DNA of 63,271 nt, counting the filler, from Porpidia crustulata (Eukaryota): the NCBI GenBank assembly GCA_964255105.1. It is 9 parts of 9 records of this genome, joined end to end, with 100 filler letters (N's around TTAATTAATTAA, not from the genome) between each part and the next. Parts side by side here need not be neighbours in the genome. Positions count along the whole stretch, not along the records: positions 1 to 6,955 come from CAXUWE010001418.1; positions 7,056 to 14,005 come from CAXUWE010001419.1; 7 more parts are not named here. One strand, given 5' to 3'. Below, in pieces: positions 1 to 12,380 of the stretch (position 1 is the first letter of the stretch; every line of letters starts with the position of its first letter). Below the pieces are notes generated by a model. That model made no database searches. It saw only the letters and a program-made list of their open reading frames with translations, and was not told where the DNA came from. Both the position numbers and the translations under genes were made by a program.

Positions 1-903
1 CAACCCCCGACATCCACACTCATCTCTACCTCCCATCCCTTACCCCTGTCTCTACCCAAACACTTAACGCTGCCATCCGCGCTCGCGCTCCAAAGGTCCC
101 CATCTCCATCGAACAGCAACTTATACACGCTTGTCTCGTGCACCACAACCGCGGCCTCCTTCTGATTCTCCTCAGCACTTGTAAGACATATGCTCCACTG
201 CCGTATTTCGCCTACGCTTCCAGCGCTGACTATGTTCGCACTTTCCACATTGGGGCCATAGGAAAGAGGATCGATAGCTAGATCTTGGACACCACGGACA
301 TGGCCACGGAGGGTATGTAGTTTAGCCCCGCTTTCGACATTCCAGACCGCAATGACTGCGTCCGCACCACCTGAGACTAGTACGTTTTGCCCTGCAAGAC
401 GGACGCAGAGAACGCATTTCACGAAGTCGGAATGGCCACCTGTATATCTTTTTCCACGGGCACGGGTCGTAGCATTCCAGCTCCAGATGCTCTTGTCCCA
501 GCAGCCTGCAAAAACAGTATTGCCATCTGGGCTGAGGGCCAAGGATGTCAAGGGAGCGGTCGGGCCAGTGAAGACGTGGTCTATATTCCCGTTCTGAGTG
601 TACAACCATTAGTCCCACGTTGTTCTACTATCAAATTTTTGTTGATACGGCAGCGGGGAGAAGACAAGAAATGAACAGCGAACCTACTTCTAAGCAAACC
701 CTTCGAGCACTGCCCGCACTTTCCGCGACGTAGACCGTCAGAGACGAGGAAGGGGTGAAGGGATCGGCGATGACGGCGAGTAGTTTGGAGGGAAGACGTA
801 TAGGACTACCGTGCTTATTGGTGGATTTTGCTATGCGGCGCGTAGTCTCAGAGAGGGAGTGGGTAGTTTGGAAGAAGTGATCTGGGTTTGATGAGGTGGT
901 CAT
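1..903 (-). CDS. WD40-repeat protein, 3' end cut off by the contig edge
   Basis: ATG at 903 (MTTSSNPDHFFQT...ARRVCLE). Intron 594-687 (GTAGGT...CTAAT...CAG). Exon 2 reads NGNIDHVFTGPTAPLTSLALSPDGNTVFAGCWDKSIWSW...GGHSDFVKCV...LVSGGADAVIAVWN...LRGHVRGV...LWSASADG, i.e. several GH/WD-type repeats, and is open to position 1. Confidence 0.85.
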
Positions 904-1168
904 GCTTCTGTAAGGGGTTGGAGTGGCGTGTCTAAGAGACTCAGGGGTGATAAAATCCCCGTTCCGGTTGAGATGTATCTTAGTATCATATGTTCAACTG
1001 ACCAAAATGCGATAGTATATTGATCAAATGGAACACTAAGTTTCCTTTGAGTTCCACATCTCGCGCATCCAAAACATATGCTACCCTTGTATACAAGACT
1101 TTCCACCGCAATACTAGATAAATAGATACCTGTGCATATCCCAGGCCTCCCGTATGTCATTTATTTCT

Positions 1169-3801
1169 CTAATACTCGCTCAATCTCAGTTTCTTGCCTA
1201 CCGCCCGCCTTGCCTTGGCGACCTTCTCGCTTGGCCTTTCCTTCTCCTCCTGGCTAGCTTTAATAGCTTGTTGCAGCATTCCCGCATCGAAGAAACCATC
1301 TGGACAGGGAAAACAATACGGTCAGCGGGATTCTCTGAGCAGAACACGAAAAGATTCTTACATCCACCAAGCCCGTCATCATCACTTTCAACGGCCTTTT
1401 CCTCTTCCACGGTCACTTCTTGGCCTTTTCCTCCATCCGCTTTGATGACCTTGCCCTTGCTCTTGTCGTGAATGATAGGGGACCGTCCTTCAGTTTCTCT
1501 GACTCGACTCATCTTGGGCGATGATGTCTTCTGCTGTGTTGCCCGCAACAGTCTACGAATCTCGAGCAGATATGACTCGATTGCATCGACAAAGCGCTGA
1601 GTCTGGCGGTGCTTAGAGCTTGCACAGATGGAAACGGAGTCGTCTTTGATGATATAGCCAATACCAAAACCGTCGCCTGACGTTGGACCAAAACCGAATT
1701 GCCTTAAGGACGGATTACCACAATTCGAAGTAGAGAGTATCGTGTTATTGATCTTGTCCCAGCCTGAGTCTGCAAAAATACCAGGCATTTGTTGCAGAGG
1801 CGCTTTCGATGCTGGAGTTCCACCGGGAGAGCCATCTTCCGAAAGAAGTGAGTTGCGATTTGGAGAGCCAAGATGAGAGGCAGGATCGATCTCTGACCCA
1901 TTATCTGCGGGGCTTGAATATCCGTTGGAACTCATTCCGTTGCTGCTGGCGGCCTCGGCGCCCTCTTCGTCAACCGCGCGTTGCCAAACGCAGTACAAGG
2001 CATAAAGGTGACGGTCGTGACCCATTGCTTTTGCGCACTCCTTTGTCATAGCAGTGTGTTTCTGTGTAGCCTTTTTCAAGGCGTCTATCTTCTGGTGTGG
2101 TGGATTTGAGCCCCAAAAAGTCTTGACGAATTCAAATGCCGCAGCAGAAGTAGAACGAATGGCTTCTGTACGGCCATGTAAGAAGAATTTAGTCATAGCC
2201 GGTTCGTAGGTATTCTCTACTCGGCCATACAGGCCGTAGTAGGCAGCTTGGAAGGCCATTTGGACAAATGCATCTGGGGAGAATCCCATCGAAGTCATGA
2301 AATTCTTTCCGTAGCCCGCGAAATCAAGTGTTTGGAACTCGTTCTGCTGGATCAAATCCGCCAGTCGTGTTTCTGCAAATCGTAGTGCTATACTGAGCTC
2401 CGGCGACATGTCCCATTCCAGCTTGTGGGGCGTGGTACTGACATCACCGAAACTTTCCGGGTCTCTCTTTGAAGGATCCGGACTGGTAGATGCCCATAGA
2501 CTTGGTGCTGCACCATTGATACTCTTTGCAAATCGTAAAATGGTATCAGTGTAGACGTCGCTGGCCATTCTTAGAACAGTGTGCCCATCCACACCAGTAT
2601 GCTCAAAATTGATGCCTGCACTGCCGTTCTTGCAAACAATGATTTGCAATTTGTCATACCAGCGATTCGTGCATGTGCCGATCTGGACTCCTTTCACGAC
2701 CTGGCTAGTTCCACAGAGCATATTCCCACATAGCTCCGGCCCTGTCAGTGGCTCGGTGTAATCCAGGCAGAGGATGAACAGCGCGGAATCGACAATACTG
2801 AGACACTCGGCATTATTTGTATCTTCACCACGGTTGAGAACATCCCTCAGTCCCGACCAGATCTTTCGATTCTCGGTACTGAGGACGCCCAACGCACCCT
2901 TAGCGGCCTCATGGATAGGCGTCTGCTCCGCATCATCGACGACGACTTGCAAGTTGAGTGCCATATCTTTCTCGGTCATGATCAAATCCGAGTTGTCATC
3001 CAGCACATCAAACCAGTAGAATTGTCCTTTACAAAGTACAACGATATGCTTTGCCCCCGAGTCTTGTGCAATTTGGCATCCATTATCCGTCGGCACTCGA
3101 GCCGTACCAAATAACCGGGAATACTGATACATGCATAGCGGGGTGCCTCGAACTGTATCGGGCGGTAGTTCTTCTTTTCGCACTGCACGTACAAAGGAAA
3201 GCGTTGACACAACTAGGGATGCAGCACGTGTGACTTGGTTGTTTCGCGCAGGTGTCGGGTCATCTTCGAGGAGGAAGAACGGGTTGAGGTTCAGGACGAC
3301 GGGGTTATCAAAGTTGAGATACGAATCATACCCTAGCGTAGCTGATCAGCCTAAATTCGGGCGGAAAGTCCAATATTCTGAGGAAGAATCCCGTGGGAAG
3401 TGAAGAAGCTTACAGAATTGTTCGATGTAACTTGTCTTGCCGGTAGCATATTTCTTCAATCTAGCCTGCAACTCCGGACCGTCACTCTTGATAAAGTCAG
3501 CAACGACGGCAGCCGTGTCTTCCTGTTCTCGGCTACTCTGCAATGGCTTGAGGGCCTCCTTGTAGTTCTTCAGCGAGCGTTCGAGATCCGGTATCGGCAG
3601 CTTGGGCAGACTGTCTTGGGCTGCGAAGGTGATTCCGGGCTTGTGATCTGGTTTGTGTGAAGCAAGTGGTTCGCGCTGTGCGGATGAGTACGCTTCCTGG
3701 CCATTCTTGTTTGATGCTGGATTCGTATCCGAAGCAGGTGGCTGTGAGCCAGCAAGGGACTCATTGAGCGATGTGGGCATGGTGAAGTTGCGTGCTGTCA
3801 T
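1169..3801 (-). CDS. facC: Carnitine O-acetyltransferase (FacC/Yat1-type, choline/carnitine acyltransferase family)
   Basis: Motifs LPKLPIP, WYDSYL, NRWYDK, FEHTGVDG (catalytic His), SPDAFVQMAFQ, TYEPAMTKFFLHGRTEAIR, LSTSN and FGPTSGDGFGIGY. Introns 3333-3413 and 1300-1361. The last exon YGFFDAGML...GKKLRLSEY ends at TAG 1169-1171. Confidence 0.93.
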
Positions 3802-5929
3802 TTTGTATGATTCTCAGTCACGCGTACAGCGAGGAGATGCAAGTAGCTATTGACAAAAGCCGCAGGGCACTACGATAGAAGTAATGGCAGTCTTGGAGAC
3901 AGTAAGAAGGCATTGAAATTGCAATACTGCAATATGTCAATATATCAAATAGAAGTAGCAGGCCGGAGGCCGGAGGATAAGATAGACGGAAGGAAATTGG
4001 GTATGGGAAGGCTATTCTGGGGAAGAAATGTGGGGGTACTACAGCCCCGCGATTGCAATTGTGAGGTACAGCGTGTGAAGGATATGTGGACTAAACCTGG
4101 TGGACGAAGGGAACGAGAACGGGACTTCTTAATGATGGTGAGATTGCCATATGTTCTTTTCGACGTACCGGGCTAGCCAGAAAAGGTCACAGTAGTAGCA
4201 AAATGACCGAAGAGCTATTCTATCTGGAAGTATCAGTCAGACTGATTCTTGGCGGAGTTCTCTATCCCCAACCCAGACTACCTGTAGGTTCGTGAATATG
4301 ATAGCTGATAAATGTACCGTTCTGAGCGCACATACAAACGAATAGCACGTGAGTATATTCGGACGAATGGGGATCAGGGAGCCACAGTGAAGACAGTCCT
4401 CAACTTCTCGTGCGTCATCAGCATCGCGGACGAGAGGATGTGTTGATAGGGACGCAAGATACGCACGAGCGTTTCAACGCTGTCGAATGGCTGCTGATAA
4501 GTAATGGAAGTCCAGAAAGAGATAGGATCTCGAAGCAAAGAGGATGTGATGTATCGAAGCAAGTCTCCATGTGGGCATTGGAGGAAGACGAACGGCTTGG
4601 TTCAAATAGATTCAACGAGCTTCCATGAAATGTAGCCGGGATTCTTTATATTTAATGCGCGAAGACTTCTCCGTCTGCGTTATTGGCAAGCTCGTGTAGA
4701 AGTTGATCGGCGTGGCTTCGAGATTTGTCGAACCCCACCACAGCCCCCACCACCTCGACGGCGGAAGGCCGAATGAAGATGTAGAAGTGCGGGGTTGGCG
4801 TGACTGTGTCTGGCAGGCGGGGACGCGGAAGCTAGTGTAGCGATGACTGAGATCTTGCCTAACACATGGAAAAGCTTTAGTTTTGAGGTATTCAAAGGAC
4901 TGTCGTGGAATTATAACCATCTATGGCTGTTTGGAATCAAAATCACAGGAAATGCTTACACACAGACTCTATCAAAAATGCTGGATGAGATCTACTAAGA
5001 ACTCATCGCTTTTTGCCCACCGGCTTTCCCATTTTGTTGATCTCAGTTCCAATTTATCTCTAGATTCACTTCACTCTGTACTAGTTGTTTGAAAATTCTT
5101 GAAGCCCTCACTTCTACTGTACCCGCTCAAAACGTCCAGAATTTTCATTACTTAAGACCCATCCATTTTTTACCTCGAATCCGCTGGCCTCTATTACAAT
5201 TTATGAGGACGTTTTGCCAGCATCTACAAACCAAATTCGAGGAATTCCGCCCGGACGAGCAAGTTCACGTATTAGGATTTACCTAGCAAGTACTCATCAG
5301 ACCTGCAGATTGCATCAATTATGGCCAAGCGTACTTCCATCCTCTCCACAAGTCCAGATCAACAATCCTTGATCCGCAAATATTCCAGTCCCACCATAGG
5401 GCAGTCAGATATTCTAGGGCCAAGGGTAAAACGATGATGCCATTCATCGTCGTCGCTCTGGTTCCCTGCTCCTTGACAACTTGGTAGAGCCAAACTTGCA
5501 GGGTCGGTTCTATTCCGAATGTTTAGCATCACATCAGCTCTCCCATACAGGCACTTTTCTGACAATGGCATGCCAGCCCGACATTGATACATGTGATTTG
5601 TGAATGCGGTCAATCGGAGTTTGTGCCGGGCCTATCACGGCAATGATGAAGTTTCTCAATATATGAATACCTCATTCCCTAGAAAAAGGCTTTGCACCCA
5701 GCAAAAACCGATGAGATTCCAGGAGAGCATGAATAAATGCGCAGCACTGACTATGCATATAAGCTCAGCAATTCCTCTGTTTCGTCCCTTGCTCCAGCAT
5801 GATTTTGGGTTCGTACGATATTCATTCACCTTTGTTCGAACCAAAGCAGAGGAGGCTTGTGGCCATTTTGGAATGCAGAACCTCTATTGAGAGCACCAAA
5901 AATTGTGATGTGCATATAAAGACCCCGAG

Positions 5930-6856
5930 ATGAGAGGCGACATGGGTGAAGCGAGAAAAGATGTGGAGCGGAGTGAAATGCCTGACTGTCGCGTTGGTAA
6001 TTTGGTATTCTCCTCCCAGGACATTGTCAAGGCTTCAGACTCAACAGCAGTAATTCTGGAAATCGTGAAAGCGAGCGAGAGTAGCGGAGTAGCCACGGTC
6101 ACTATCCCGTTGTTCTCGACAACATGCTCGACGCTTTCGTCTGCAGCCACGGCAAGCACGCCGCTATTCACTCCATCCATCATTACACACTCCACCATCA
6201 CCTATCCGACCGTCACTTTCCCGACGATCACCTACCCGACAGTCACGTTCTCAACCATTACGTATCCCACCATCACCTATCCTACTATCACATACCCCAC
6301 CGCTTCTCCCTCGGCGACATCGGCGGCCGCCAATCCAGCGACCAACTTCTTCATCACCACTTACCCAACGGTGACGTTCACCGCCGCCACAATACCCACC
6401 ATCGCCCCAAACTCGACCGGTCCCCAAGCCATGTCTTCCACGCGGATTCTTCTTTCAACGTCGACGGGCAAAGCCCTCCTCGCCGTGCCATCCCTTAAGG
6501 CCAGCCTCGTCCCAGAATCTGCCGCTTCAAACCCTTCTACAGTAGAGATGACCTCGACCACATTGAACTCGACCGCCAATGCCACCATGTCGGCCGCACC
6601 GTCCGCTCCGCCAGAGATCACAGCGGGAGGTCAGCTTTATGACTGCTATGAAGATAACGCCCTCCGCGCCCTCGATCGTTTCTCGGACTCGGCCAGCGAA
6701 TTCTGCCCCACGTTCATCGCCACGCCGACAGTTGACATTCCCAATTATGCTCTAGGCATCCCCACCCCGAATCTGGAGAGTGCGTGTGCGTGTTTCCTGG
6801 AGACATCTCGTAAGTCTCCAAAACTTGCTGCAGAAATCCAACCTAGACCCCCATGA
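5930..6856 (+). CDS. Thr/Ser/Ala-rich repeat protein with a C-terminal small Cys module; boundaries uncertain
   Basis: 308-aa ORF with T-[IV]-T-[YF]-P repeats and a C-terminal CYEDNALRAL...ASEFCPTF...LESACAC module. A GTAAGT donor near 6809 suggests the gene continues past the contig end. No clear signal peptide at the annotated start. Confidence 0.6.
   Translation: MRGDMGEARKDVERSEMPDCRVGNLVFSSQDIVKASDSTAVILEIVKASESSGVATVTIPLFSTTCSTLSSAATASTPLFTPSIITHSTITYPTVTFPTITYPTVTFSTITYPTITYPTITYPTASPSATSAAANPATNFFITTYPTVTFTAATIPTIAPNSTGPQAMSSTRILLSTSTGKALLAVPSLKASLVPESAASNPSTVEMTSTTLNSTANATMSAAPSAPPEITAGGQLYDCYEDNALRALDRFSDSASEFCPTFIATPTVDIPNYALGIPTPNLESACACFLETSRKSPKLAAEIQPRPP
6194..6298 (+). repeat. 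Seven tandem 15-nt coding repeats (TITYP/TVTFP pentapeptide)
   Basis: Units accatcacctatccg / accgtcactttcccg / acgatcacctacccg / acagtcacgttctca / accattacgtatccc / accatcacctatcct / actatcacatacccc, with many third-codon-position differences between copies. Confidence 0.9.
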
Positions 6857-6955
6857 CTTTCATACCAAGTGTTCGGTTCCTGCCCGCCAAGCAGAAACCC
6901 CCTTTATTCCACCCTGAGCCGAAGCACCTCTCCCCGTATTCAAGCACGAATACCA

Positions 6956-7055
6956 NNNNNNNNNNNNNNNNNNNNNNNNNNNNNNNNNNNNNNNNNNNNT
7001 TAATTAATTAANNNNNNNNNNNNNNNNNNNNNNNNNNNNNNNNNNNNNNNNNNNN
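6956..7055. other. Artificial contig spacer
   Basis: 44 N + TTAATTAATTAA (stops in all six frames) + 44 N. Confidence 0.99.
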
Positions 7056-7433
7056 ACGCTAAACCGGTTATTTATCGGAGTTAAAGAGGTATTTATGACC
7101 GAGGATTTCTTCGAAACGATGTCATGCGACGGTATCAATCATCGTATTGTCTATCATGCTCCTATATATTCATTACTTTTGCTGATGCTCTAGCTGGATC
7201 TCTACCTCTATATCTATAGTAGCCTGATATTCTTAACATCCTTCTAATGCTACGACCGCCTTGACTACTATCCTGAGATCTTCATAGACTTAGTTTATAT
7301 ACAGTCATGTCAACATCCTCGCACAAATCCGAGAGCGTCGTTCCTTGAAGAATAGAAAGACTGATGATTAGCTCCACTTGAATCGACGGTTATAGAATAT
7401 TTTTAGCAGTGAATGATGGAGTGAGTCCTGGTA

Positions 7434-8222
7434 TCACGCGCCAAAGGTATCTCCGCCGGATCCCAACCACTCGCGCTCTTTTGCCGTAGTCTGACGCCCA
7501 AGCACTTCATTCCGATACGGGTATCTTCCAAATTCGCGCAGAATGTCACCGTGTTTCTTTTCAAATTCCATTGTGAGAGACATGTAATTCACCGCAGCTT
7601 CGTCCTTGGCCTCTTCAGCTTTGGATTTCAGGGCTTGAAATTCTCGTATGAGTGTCTCATGATCTTGGAGCGACTCTGAATGCATAAGTGGCATATACGT
7701 CCACACCCGCCATGCTGGCGACTTTGTATACTGATCGAACTTATCTAGACCGCGGGAGTAGAGATCTTGAAAGATAGCACGAGATATACGGTCGTAGTGG
7801 CCGTATATCAGTGCCTGTTGCTTCCGAAATATATTCCGTGGCATCTGATCAAGAAGCAGCATCAGCCCCAGTGCCGCTTCATGGCTTTCCGTGATACTGT
7901 TATTTTGAGTGAATTGACTGATGAAGGGTGAGGCAATGCGGGAATAATTCCTGCCATCTGCGTCCAAGTCTGTGGATTCCGGCAGCGAGAATTTATCAGG
8001 TCCGATTGACGATAATGCGCTGCGGAAGCCGGTACTACACTGTTCATCGAACGAAGCACGGGCGCTTTCGCCGAGTCCTACGCCAAACCAGCGGAACATC
8101 TGCTGTTCTCCGGGGGCGCTGGCAGTCCTAGATAGGTTTTCAAACCAAAAGCTAATGAGGCGAGAATATAGACTGGGGTTGAAAAGCTGCTTATCAAGGG
8201 TGAAGGCGCGTGAAGCTGACAT
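7434..8222 (-). CDS. DUF924 family protein
   Basis: Intronless 262-aa ORF with LLLDQMPRNIFR, YMPLMHSESL and HGDILREFGRYPYRNEVLGRQTT, the typical DUF924 motifs. Confidence 0.88.
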   Translation of the reverse strand: MSASRAFTLDKQLFNPSLYSRLISFWFENLSRTASAPGEQQMFRWFGVGLGESARASFDEQCSTGFRSALSSIGPDKFSLPESTDLDADGRNYSRIASPFISQFTQNNSITESHEAALGLMLLLDQMPRNIFRKQQALIYGHYDRISRAIFQDLYSRGLDKFDQYTKSPAWRVWTYMPLMHSESLQDHETLIREFQALKSKAEEAKDEAAVNYMSLTMEFEKKHGDILREFGRYPYRNEVLGRQTTAKEREWLGSGGDTFGA

Positions 8223-8832
8223 GGCGGACTGTCACAAAAGCACCTGCGGAGACCGTAACGTAATTATTCTTCTGAATATTGATTAGAAAGCAATTCATGA
8301 AGCACTTGTGGTTCTAGAGAGTGAAGGTCGGCGGTGGGATGTCTGCTTTTTATGTCAGTTGCAGCATGTTTTACAATACCATATTAATTTGTAACATTTG
8401 TTGATATAAATGTACAAAATGTCGAGATTTATCAGTTCGGGTGCGAGGACACTCCGATTGGAGGAGTGGCGGACGGGGCGGAGAGAGCGGGCTGTGGCGT
8501 GAGTGGCTAGTGCCACTTAGGATGTCTGGCGATGAACGTTCATAGATTTTTTCCACCTCCAAAATTCCCTTGTATTTCGACTACGATCATTAGGAATGTG
8601 GGCACTGAGCAAGCCAATCCGTTCATTCTTGGGTGTATAAATCCGGAACTTCTACGCACAAAGACTTCCGCTGAACACACATTCTTACAAACAAAGAAGA
8701 GTTGTGAAGAGTCATTCCCCTACAATACTGTCTTTTACACTCTGTTCAACCTTATATTGGTACTTTTTCCTATACAACCATATCCTTCAATACAGAACCG
8801 CCGAACCACAAGCTTGGATCACCACTCATCTC

Positions 8833-9399
8833 ATGTTCCGCCGACCGCTTTTCATTGCCTCCATAGGCAATCCATCGCCAGCTTACACGAATACTCTTCA
8901 CTCCGCTGGCCACACCCTCCTCAACTCTCTGAGCGAAGCTCTCGGCTACCCGCCTTTTGCTAAAAGTCGTGCACTTGCGAACGGACTCTTCACCTCCGGC
9001 GATGAGTACGCCTTGTGGCAATCACCCAGTCTCATGAACGTCAGTGGCAAGCAAGTCGCGTCTGCCTGGAAATCCTGGCTCCGCACATTACCTACCAATC
9101 AGGACCGCAACGTCGCCAGACTAGTGGTCGTGCATGATGAGCTAGAAAGTCCTTTGGGGAAAATCAAAATGAAGCAAGGTGGCAGCCCAAAGGGCCACAA
9201 CGGTATCAAGAGCTGTGTAGGTAGTCTAGGAGGTGTGGATTTTGTAAGAATAGGTGTGGGAATCGGACGGTGTGAGAGTAGAGATCCACAGGACGTTTCG
9301 GCGTATGTCCTGAAAAAAATGAGCATGACCGAATTACAAAAGGTGTGGGATGGTGCGGGTCCGCTGATGGCAATCTTGAACGAACTCAGAGACGAGTGA
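8833..9399 (+). CDS. PTH1: Peptidyl-tRNA hydrolase (Pth1 type, probably mitochondrial)
   Basis: ATG 8833. Motifs LFIASIGNP, TLHSAGH, LMNVSG, LVVVHDELE, GSPKGHNGIKS, RIGVGIGR and VSAYVL. Confidence 0.9.
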   Translation: MFRRPLFIASIGNPSPAYTNTLHSAGHTLLNSLSEALGYPPFAKSRALANGLFTSGDEYALWQSPSLMNVSGKQVASAWKSWLRTLPTNQDRNVARLVVVHDELESPLGKIKMKQGGSPKGHNGIKSCVGSLGGVDFVRIGVGIGRCESRDPQDVSAYVLKKMSMTELQKVWDGAGPLMAILNELRDE

Positions 9400-12380
9400 G
9401 GCGCCGGGGAAAGCCTTCATGGACCATCCACGTCTCAGGTCAACTATTGGCTGACAGGTCGAGAAATGGCTGAGAGACAGTCAATGAGCTCACCAGCCAA
9501 TTTACATTCCGACTGGCAAACAGTCCCGGCCCCCTGAGGAATACGGGCAAGCAGCTCAATATTCAAGTCGCCTTCCAAATTGCTTAGCAACCTATTTCTC
9601 TCCGGAAAATGGACAAGAAGCGTAATAGTGACTCGCGCCGTAGCTCATTTTCGATTCCACCACCTTTAGGAGCTCTCAATACGTGGAGCGCACACAATCC
9701 AAAAGATTTGCAATCGCATTCAAACGCGTGCCAAGTAGACTACCATAAAGCGGTATATCTAGAAACAAACACGACGTCTGTACAGCCGGACAATCACATG
9801 AAAACAATATTCAGAACCGCGCATTTTCCGCCAGAAAATCACTGATAGCTCCGTACTGTATAATGGCATAGTGGAATAATAAGAAGCACAATGCCAGCTT
9901 TGCGGCTTAGTTCTCGCAGAAAATGAAATCTGGGTAGCCTCACGTCAGCCAGAAGGCTTGCCATTACTTCGTATTAGGATACGAGACGGAAGAGCTTTAT
10001 ATGAACGAATACTAGCTTTACAACCAGAGTTGCATACTCGTACAAAATCTGAGCAGGAATATTCGACGGGGAGAAGGTACATTGATTTGATCCTAGACAT
10101 CATGATAGTAGACGTCTGATCGACAGCTTATCCGAGACCGAAACCACAATCTCATAGGATATTGATACGTGGCCGTTTCCTGGAATGACGCTGTTACTAT
10201 TCTCGCTTCTTAGATTGTCCTTTCCACCATTTTATCTGCTCAAACTTGCAACCAAGACAGACATTTTACCGCAAACTCACGTTCTTACCATCTCACTCCT
10301 TAGATTCCCATGACTTTATCCTCGCGCCTTGTTATCTCTTCACACCTTAGTCGAATCCCCTGTCTACTCCTTCATTCAAGCGAGTCATAAACTGGCCACA
10401 TCATCCCTTTCCACAACGTAAATCTCGAGTATCCAAGCAAGCAAAACCCTCTTTCACCAAGCCGCCCCTGAACCCCTTTCAGCCGCGCAGCCAGGATTCG
10501 CGAGCTAGTGCCTATCGCTGAGTCGTGATTATTCGCCATTCAATATGATCCTGTTCAACTTTTTTTTCGGTTTTCTGGAGCTCACTTGCATGTATACCAC
10601 GACCCAAGGTATGTATCTCAAACCATTTAATTTACGGAATCATCTTTATAGACAATACTATGAATTGTAGAGAACAATTTCTTGGAGCTGAGCGGTTTTA
10701 AGGAAGGAGTACGGAATGTCATCGAACTCGAAGTATCACCGCGCGGTGCAAATTTCGGTGGAAAAGGTCGATTACTTATCTAGATTCCAAGGGAACGGCA
10801 GATCTTGCCAATCGCTGCTTTCGTGACAGATTATTTCCACTGTTCTATGCGTCTCGTTTGCCTTTTGATTGGAAGGCTACGTAGATGTGGAAGAGGGTTT
10901 TCGGATTTCATCAGGGGAAATGCAGAGCCCGTCTTACCGACTGAATACCTATCTTCTAAAACCTATGCCTACAAGTAATCTACTATTTCGTCACTCGTGG
11001 CAAGATCACGTATCCCACTGACTTTGGCTACGAATAGGCCCTGAGTAATGGAGGGCATCGATGTATCTAGCTAGTTTGCCAAAAAAGCTGAATCAGAGAC
11101 TTTGGTTGGAAGGGATATACCTGTTGAGAGGTAGCACTATAGCAACAATTTGAAAAACCTCAAGCACAAGCCATATCCACGACGGTGAATCTCTCTTTAT
11201 CTTCCAAGAGCCCTGAATCGGCTCGGAAGAAAACGCAAGGATCACAGAGGGAACTATCGATGGCCGCGGTTTAAGACCATCCAATCCTAGTCATGATTGA
11301 CCAGGTCTTCGACCTTAAAGGAACTCTTGCGGCGGAGAACTGGATAGATCCATCGTGTACCGTACAAATCTCCAGCAACATCTACTTTTCCAAAACCATC
11401 AGCGCTGTGGTTCTCGTGCATATTCACATACGAGATCTGCGACCTGGTGTGGCTAGTAATTTGCATGGCTATTTATAGATGATGGGATGACGACTTTTGC
11501 GCCGTGGTTTTAAGTGGAGTTGGTTTTCTGATCGATCAAGATCAGATCGAGAGTCCTGTTTGGAAAGAGATTTTCAAACGCCTGTTTGAGAGAGATTGAA
11601 GAGGACGTTGGGCGATATAACGAAGAAGGTCTGGTTGGAGAGGTGGATGCGAGGGCATGAAGCTATGGCGATCATCCTACTCGGCCCCGTCTTTGACCCT
11701 GTTCGTTCCACTCGTCACGATTCTGCGCTGTGGTAATGGGGTAGTGATGATCGGGAAAGGCAGCCACGGCATCTCCTGAGAACGGGGTGAGGGAGGGGTG
11801 GAGTGAGTCGATGGGGGAACGGATGGGTCAGATTTGGTGTTTTGGAAAGATTGGGTAGGGTGCACGGTGCTTTGACTATGGATGGAGCGGAAGAAACTGA
11901 ATATTTTTTGGTGATGGGGATGAGATTCGAAGGATGCAATGGATGAAGCTGGGGTGATTTTGGATCGATAAGCACATCTTTCGATGCTGTGTTCACGTTT
12001 CTTGAGATAGGGAAGGTTGTTGAGAAATCTCAAAGCTGTTGCTACATGGTGCTTCTACTAAGATCGGGTTAATTATGCTGAGGGGTCCTTTTGGTGGGAA
12101 GGGTGATGTTGAATACGTGTGGTGGACGAAGTTGGCATGACGGTTGGGTCAGCATCACGTTCTTGAGGTCGGAAAAGGTGTTGAGAAATCTAAAAGTTGT
12201 TGCTGCATGTGGCTTGTTCGCCCTCTAGAGCTTTTCACCATCGAGCTTGTCTGTAGCTTGCACTCTCGGGCGTACTTCGCCAACAAGCTTGACTGAAGAA
12301 GGATCTTGCCGGGCCCTTCGAGGTTAGAATGCATTCAAACCGTAGCTTATACCCTCCGGCGCATATCTAACCGGAAACTG

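Noticed and set aside
7434..8222. Intronless DUF924 gene as a recent bacterial horizontal transfer
   Set aside because: DUF924 proteins are known from fungi, this one is longer than typical bacterial members, and its composition matches its neighbours. Lack of introns alone is not evidence.
9400..11950. Scattered short ORFs and splice-like signals
   Set aside because: No coherent gene model or motif. Possibly a very old pseudogene, but unsupported.
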